Source of the DNA: Balanoglossus misakiensis
Taxonomy: Eukaryota; Animalia; Hemichordata
Reading direction: 5' to 3'
Assembly: GCA_040954595.2 (NCBI GenBank)
Contig: CM082592.2
Span: 1-64,000, forward strand
Length of the DNA: 64,000 nucleotides
Shown here: one piece after another, positions 60,492 through 64,000 of the stretch
Position numbering within the stretch: the stretch's first letter is position 1
Layout of the letters: each line of letters begins with the position of its first letter
Program-made: the position numbers and the translations under genes
Notes under the pieces: generated by a model
What the model was told of the DNA's origin: nothing
The model's input: the letters and a program-made list of their open reading frames with translations, nothing else
The model's database searches: none

Positions 60492-63400
60492 AATTTTCAC
60501 AGCGCTCCCAGTATAGCATCCTTGGCAGGTGCACGTCAATGCCCCACACGAGGTTAGGGTTGGCAAGTGCTGCCATTTTGACATGGGTTGTTAGCACTGA
60601 TCAATTCCTACGCATGACAGAAAAATGAAGAATTAGGCAATGGGCCGGACCTGCCTATCGTTTCAAAACGCACTCTGTATATTAGGGTCTATTTCTTTTA
60701 CATAAAAACAAGTCTTCTTGCTCTAATATGATAAAAGAAAAAAACTTCAACTTAAATATTGCGTCCTCAGAGGTAATATCGAGCCCTAAAAATCAGGTAT
60801 GCTAATGCGGTTAAAGGTCGTGCAGTTCTCCTTATAACAAGCGATCTTATTGGTGGTTACGTGACTGCACCAATCACAGAATGCGTTATGTCACTCAGCA
60901 ATTACACACACATGGCAAACTATCAGGCAGCTACATGTATACTAGTATACATGTTACAGAAGATTAAACAGAATTGTTGGTAAGGAAAGTTTGAGCAGAC
61001 TAGTCCATTCAATGTAAAAAATGGTGCTGATTCCAAAAAAGTCAGTCTTATTGACCCCTTTCAAGACAAAATTGCCATTTTTGCCACTTTTAACCCAAAA
61101 GGTCATTTAAAAAACACTCAAAACACACTGTTTTCATCACATTCGGAGATCTGATGACATTTGAGGATTATGCGGAAACAGTGACACACCAGAATAAAAA
61201 TTACAGGTGACATTTGCAAGCAGATATGATCTGACCACATAGAAATATGGAATGTAAAAACATTAACAAGGAACATGCCCAATAAACTGTCATGTGTCAA
61301 GGCAGTCTTACAAGTGGTGCTAGAAAAAAAAATGACCAAAAATTGTCTGTACAAACACATATGCGAAGCAACTTCTTTCAGTCAGCCCTGGAACAGACAC
61401 ACACTGACCTGCCACTGGTAATTAAAATTTGATAGCTGGTGGTCTCTGTAACAGCTGGCCTATTTAAGTTATGTAAACATGTCTTTGTTCGAGGTAACAA
61501 CTCCTTGTAAATAGTAACTTTAAAAACAACTGGACAATTTGTTTAGGAAAAGATTTGCTAACCAAAAACTAAGAAACTTACCAAAAAAACTCGCTAAATA
61601 TTTAATCTTTCTGATCTCAGAATTGAATAAAAGTTGCACATATACAGGTATGTGTTATGAAATTATATCCTAAATTTCAAAGCAATCAGAGAAAAAACTA
61701 ATTTCAAAGCAATCCAACAAGCAGTTTCACAGAAAATATTTGTTCAAAAGTGGCAAAAACACAAATATCACCAAAATTGTACAATATCTTACTTCAATCA
61801 CTACAAGGAACATGCTGCCTAAGTTCAATGCAATAGGACAAGTGGTTTCAGAGAAAACAATTTTTGACAAAAATTGCAAAAGTTTCCCCGATAACGTATT
61901 TATGCAAATATCTCTTTTTTTTACAACATATTATTTAGGTTACCCCTACGAACATGCCTACCAAATTGCAAAGCAATCTGGCATGAGGTTTTAAAGAAAA
62001 ACATTTTTTGACCAAAAATGGCAAATATTGCTCAAAATTATAGATATGCAAATTTTGCAACAATTTGAACAAAACTATGGTTCTTTGACAACATTAGGAG
62101 GCTTCATACTAAATTTCAAAGACTTTTTACCAATAACATGGAAAAATACAAAAAAATGCAAAAAAAATAGGAAATCGATAATATTAGCTCAAAACATACA
62201 GGATTGTATGAGGTTGATATAAGGTACATGCATACCAATTTTCAAATCAATATGACCAGTGGTTGTCCAGTTTTTGAGTTTTGACCAATTTCACATTTTC
62301 CCAGCTAATTTGCATATTTTTGGCAATGACATCTTCATTTGAACAAACTCCCATCTACAGCCCTGCCTGCATCTACACGCCAAATATCGAGGTCATACGC
62401 GCTGCGGTTTTCAAGTTTTTCATGTGGACGGACATACAGACATACATCCATCCATCCATCCATACATACAGACGTAACCAATCCCATAAGGTTCCATGGT
62501 ACATACCAATGGGACCTAAAAACTTGTGACTTACATGTAACACATGTTTGCCCAGTGTAGCAGGTTGGACAGTTGCAGGTGTAGATTGAGCAGGAGGCTT
62601 GAAGTGGCTGATACACTCCGTTATTCAGACATGGGTTTAGAAGACAATGGTTGATCGCTAAGGGTGAGAGAAATGAAAAGTATCACATTAGGGTCTTACA
62701 CACTTGAGTGGGAAGTGAAATCTGTAGCAGACTGTCAGAAGATTGCACATCCGTGTGATCATGTTCATGTGTGAAGGATAATGAAGACCACTTGATCCAA
62801 GCTTGGTGCTACCATCTTTATCATAATTACAGCATCTTATAATATTTACTAGTTGGGGGTGGGGTGGGGTGGGGGTGGGGGTAGTTGATGTCATAACTTT
62901 CTGATGTTTCAATTTACGGTTGGAAAAATAGCAACATCTACTCTGATGAGCATTTGAGTCAATGAAAGTATACATCATGGCTACGGTAGTGCATATAAGT
63001 CTCTTGGTTAGCTGCACAATCACAGGCAACTTTATTGAGACAATATCAATGACAAAGCCCAGCGATTTCTACTTTGTGCGGCAAATCTGACACTGGTTTG
63101 CTTACGTTCAGCGCACGTGGTTCCGATGAAACAGCGCGAACTCTGGCATCTGAACTCGGTGCAGGACACTTGCTGGCAGAATCCACTGTTTAGACAAGGG
63201 TTGGGCTGACACGGATTCAAATCTGTGCACAGAAGAGAAAGTGATATAAATTGTGTACAGTTAATATTTACTACATATACTTTAAACAGATTTGTGCAGT
63301 CAGGGTTGAGTGGTAAAAATCTCAGTTGGTCAACAGAACATCACTGTGACAAATTTCTTCCATGTTCAACAAAAGAAACGTAATGAAATTTTGACACAGG

Positions 63401-63729
63401 TGTAATAGTGTCTTAGTGTACCATACGGTGCAGGTTGTTGTTTGGTCAAATACACAATCCCCTTTTATGGCACACACATTCTTAATAAATTTCCCCAAAA
63501 TTGTGTCGTTATTCACTGTTTGATACAGGTTGGAAGAAACCAACTGCAAGCCGATTATGTGTTATGTTATTATGTTCCTCTTCATCTGAAATTTAAAATC
63601 ACTCACATGTCTGACATAAATCGCCGGAGTAACAGCTTGTACAGGAGCATGTGAATTCAGTACACCAATTGGGCGTCAGCACACAGTTTCCACCATTCTG
63701 ACACTGGATGGGTTGACACTGGTTGACAG
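60492..63729 (-). pseudogene. Unit-2 cluster of four EGF-like exons
   Basis: 60492-60607, 62535-62657, 63106-63222, 63607-63729. Confidence 0.82.
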
Positions 63730-63738
63730 CTGTGGGAT

Positions 63739-64000
63739 GTTCAGTCAAGATATTGTCAAAATTACAGAATCTACAAACTACACTCCACAGTCATGTACAT
63801 GTATACATGACAACAACCAAACGGCTATTTTGAAAAACCAAATGCTGTGAAATCCTTTAGAGTGTGACAAGAAACCACAGTTGCAACCGAAAACAAAAAT
63901 AGTGATAACTTTAAGCTAGCCCAAAGTTTGAGTTACCAGGGCTTTAATATGTGTACCGTACTTATATTATATAATACATAACAAGTGTTTTGCATTGAAT
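63739..64000. repeat. Start of duplication unit 3 (runs out of the window)
   Basis: Matches 46694-46955. Confidence 0.93.

Larger units (their letters stand above)
46694..63738. repeat. Tandem segmental duplication, unit 2 (17045 bp)
   Basis: Starts gtgcagtcaag(g/a)tattgtcaaaattacag as at 29124; same start recurs at 63739. Confidence 0.97.

Noticed and set aside
28766-63729. A functional Notch/fibropellin/SCUBE gene
   Set aside because: Shared stops, frameshifts, lost cysteines and TE-disrupted splice sites; no signal peptide, terminal exon or diagnostic domain, so no gene symbol was assigned

Overview
This is an animal chromosome end, probably from a marine invertebrate (inferred from repeat types and GC content); it contains no intact gene. 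About 5 kb of (CCCTAA)n telomere joins a mirror-arranged set of three subtelomeric satellites: A(+) B(+) C(+) | C(-) B(-) [island] A(-), spanning 5224-28725 with the orientation switch at ~9935. Satellite A is built from GGGTCAA/AGGTCAA heptamers mixed with GGGTTAG. B is a strand-skewed ~570-bp monomer arranged in ~1.14-kb dimers. C is an AT-rich ~1.42-1.48-kb higher-order repeat. From 29124 the window is a near-identical ~17-kb tandem segmental duplication (two full units plus the start of a third). Each unit carries minus-strand pseudo-exons of an unusual 8-cysteine EGF repeat, Cys-rich 'CPAG' repeat exons, a broken L2/CR1-type LINE fused to satellite B, a truncated Gypsy-type LTR element and several MITEs. 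All coordinates were read by eye.
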